A stretch of DNA of 64,000 nucleotides from Planctomycetota bacterium (GTDB taxonomy: Bacteria; Planctomycetota; MHYJ01; JACQXL01; JACRIJ01). The stretch spans positions 1,763 through 65,762 of the forward strand of contig JACRIJ010000104.1 in the NCBI GenBank assembly GCA_016220095.1. Direction: 5' to 3'. Of this stretch, positions 61,671 to 64,000 are shown piece after piece. Position 1 is the first letter of the stretch; each line of letters opens with the position of its first letter. A program made the position numbers and the translations under genes. The notes under the pieces were generated by a model, which had not been told where the DNA came from, made no database searches, and was given only the letters and a program-made list of their open reading frames with translations.

Positions 61671-62678
61671 ATGCGCAAAAAAAACATAATTTATTTTTTC
61701 CTGAGCTTATTAATGTTTTCCGGCCTGCGGGCCGATGAACCGGTTGAGCCGAAATCCGCGTTGAACGATTCCCAGCCGCACGTCTTGAGCGAGATACTCC
61801 AGGCCATAACGGATCCTGTCATGTGCATCGCAAGAACCGATGCGGACAATGACGGCTCGGATGACATTGTCTTGGTAACATTGAATAACAAAATACTAGC
61901 ATTGCTTGCGCAGGAATCCCTTGATTTCGACGGCAATAAAACAATTTCCTTTATCGTAAAGCCGGTGACTCCGCCAGTTATTCCGAAGCCGCCGGAGAAA
62001 ACTGATCCGGAATTAACCCCGCCGAATAGAGAGCCCATGCTGGTCACGGCTGTTATTGCGGACATTAACAACGATGAATATGACGATATAATTCTCGCGT
62101 ACGCCGGCACGGAGTCATCTCCCGTAAGAATTCTCTGCGGAAACAGCAACGGCGAATATTCCGACGAATCCGAAGGCATTTTGCCGCACCTTGACATTGC
62201 CGCGCCGGCATTATTGAAAACTGCGGATGTAGATTCAGACGGCAATATGGATATCATTATTACTTCTTTTGGAAGGGCCAAGGTTGACCGGTTCGGGGTG
62301 CGCGCGACAAGCCAGAAAAAGATTTACGTGCTTATTAATGACGGCACTGTTTTCGCGGATAAGACAGCGGAACTTTTCGGCGAAGATTTCTGCAATAAAA
62401 TGGTTATTGATATTCAGGCCGGCGATTTTAACTCGGATAATATAAATGATGTTGTGATTTTAAGCCCTGAGGAAAGCATGCTGTATACGTCAAAAGAAGG
62501 GGAATTTACGGGATGTAAACTTGAGACAACGGTTAAGCCACATCCGAGGGTGAATCAGGAGATGTCCATGGACATTAACAATGACGGCAAAGAAGAACCT
62601 ATAAAAATCCAGGGTGGAAAGGCGGTTGTAATAACCGAAGAAAATGCCGATACTCCGGAACCCGGCTACGGGGACTAA
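61671..62678 (+). CDS. Secreted FG-GAP repeat protein, paralogue of the N-terminus of 7673-12013
   Basis: ADINNDEYDD, ADVDSDGNMD, GDFNSD; shared GxAKxDxxG..Q.K.YVL.N...F.D.T.ELFG.DF. Confidence 0.8.
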   Translation: MRKKNIIYFFLSLLMFSGLRADEPVEPKSALNDSQPHVLSEILQAITDPVMCIARTDADNDGSDDIVLVTLNNKILALLAQESLDFDGNKTISFIVKPVTPPVIPKPPEKTDPELTPPNREPMLVTAVIADINNDEYDDIILAYAGTESSPVRILCGNSNGEYSDESEGILPHLDIAAPALLKTADVDSDGNMDIIITSFGRAKVDRFGVRATSQKKIYVLINDGTVFADKTAELFGEDFCNKMVIDIQAGDFNSDNINDVVILSPEESMLYTSKEGEFTGCKLETTVKPHPRVNQEMSMDINNDGKEEPIKIQGGKAVVITEENADTPEPGYGD

Positions 62679-62771
62679 GCGGGTACAGCTGGAATTTATT
62701 CGTTTTCAAGCAGCATCCCGCATAAGGAAGCTTGAAAAAACTTGAGAATGCATACACTTGAAGCAGGGTTG

Positions 62772-64000
62772 TCACGATGCGAAGTCAAGGATAGGCCGAA
62801 AACTTTTTGTTTCTATTTTATAATCGGCGACACTGTTTAAAACATAATTATTTGAGCAAAACGCTATTCCTATGCCGGCAAACCGGACTATACAAATGTC
62901 ATATTCGCTGTCACCTACCGAGATAATGTTTCCCAGCGGTATATTGTGTTTTTCCGAAAGCCGCATCATTACATTGCTTTTGCAAAAGTTGTGGTTGCAT
63001 TTGCTTTGTTCGGTGCGGATGAAAAAGTTCGGCACCTTGACTTCGCCTGTTGCGATGCTATTGCTGAATTCCAGTTCATTTGCTATGGCAAAATCAGCTC
63101 CGGTTTTATTTTTGACATATTGCGCGATGACATCGTAGCTGTCGCTTAATATACCGATGATGTAGCCGCGTTTTTTAAGTTCCGCGATCACTTCAACCGT
63201 ATCCGGGACAACTGGGATTTTTTCCGCAACGGCAAGCAATTGTGCTATGTTCAACCCCTTAAGATGTTGGGCGATTAGTTTTGTCAGCATGAAAGATTCT
63301 GAATTTGTGGCCAGGACTTTCAGTAGTTCTTTTTCAAAATTGAATTCTTTTGCAGCCTCGTAAATAAAACGTCCCTGCAATATGGTATTATCCATATCAA
63401 AGATAATCATTTTTCTTAGAGGCGCGAGACTTTCCTTGATGGCCATCTCCATCTGGTCGCGAATAATATTGATTGTTTCAAGCGAATCCAAAGAAAATTC
63501 GCAGTGTTTTTGGGCGCGTTTCAATATTGCTCGTGAGACTTCCAGCGACATCCTGCCCAGTTCCCGCCACTGTTTCATTTTATTGGTGATTTTGCCTATA
63601 TTAACTTCTTTAATCCTGGCGTTAAGTTTTATCATGTCCAGAAGTATTCCTATATCAACGCCGTAATCGTTTTCGAAATCTATTTTTCGCAGGAATTCTT
63701 TTTTGCCGGCGATGATGCCGCTGAGAGGCTGGCTGAATTTTAGCGCCTCCGGCATCATCAGGCTGAGCAGGGGTTTTGCAACAAGCTCCGTTACGCGGCC
63801 CGCTTCGCGCTGGAATGTGGACTTGGTAAAATCAGCTTCATCGTTAACTATAGGGGCTGTCATGCGTTCAATGACATTCGGAATGTAGTTTTCAATATCA
63901 CCGTCCAGATAAACAATGATATCATTATGCGCGACCAAAAAACCGTCGCGCATGGACGCGCCTTTGCCTATTTTTGTTGAAGTGATGACGCTGGCGCCGG
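62772..64000 (-). CDS. GpgS-like glycosyltransferase fused to a SerB-like HAD phosphatase, 5'-partial
   Basis: GKGASM, YLDGD, AGRVTELVAKPLL, QPLSG, DYGVDIGILLD; then FDMDNT and VGDSEYD. Confidence 0.82.
   Translation of the reverse strand, partial: GASVITSTKIGKGASMRDGFLVAHNDIIVYLDGDIENYIPNVIERMTAPIVNDEADFTKSTFQREAGRVTELVAKPLLSLMMPEALKFSQPLSGIIAGKKEFLRKIDFENDYGVDIGILLDMIKLNARIKEVNIGKITNKMKQWRELGRMSLEVSRAILKRAQKHCEFSLDSLETINIIRDQMEMAIKESLAPLRKMIIFDMDNTILQGRFIYEAAKEFNFEKELLKVLATNSESFMLTKLIAQHLKGLNIAQLLAVAEKIPVVPDTVEVIAELKKRGYIIGILSDSYDVIAQYVKNKTGADFAIANELEFSNSIATGEVKVPNFFIRTEQSKCNHNFCKSNVMMRLSEKHNIPLGNIISVGDSEYDICIVRFAGIGIAFCSNNYVLNSVADYKIETKSFRPILDFAS

Overview
This is a chromosomal window from an anaerobic bacterium. 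The GyrA motif [17 protein letters not shown] suggests Planctomycetota (inference). The centrepiece (14.1-33.0 kb) is an apparently complete cytochrome-nanowire locus: a sigma-54 promoter, a hexaheme OmcS homologue followed by a terminator, two NHL beta-propellers, an OmcS-domain 19-heme fusion, System II maturases (ResB-like and CcsA), a cobalamin-dependent radical SAM enzyme, a beta-barrel with an inserted NHL propeller, two PelC/CsgG-like lipoproteins, and 22-, 26- and 16-heme cytochromes (about 89 heme motifs by manual count). A heme-c sensor kinase and sigma-54 activator pair lies about 10 kb upstream. The window also holds porAB, a large FG-GAP surface protein with an AT-rich C-terminus and a small partner, bioF with an in-frame repeat insertion, rubredoxin/FprA/ferritin-like genes, a DUF488 islet, an atp operon that stops after atpA, an NfeD/flotillin operon, a defence island (alphaCTD-sigma4 fusion, ART-like protein, two MTases, a PD-(D/E)XK nuclease), gyrA, ligA and a GpgS-HAD fusion. 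Intergenic DNA is rich in 7-9 nt tandem arrays and REP/MITE-like palindromes. No rRNA, tRNA or CRISPR array was seen. All homology calls come from motif recognition by eye, not database searches.
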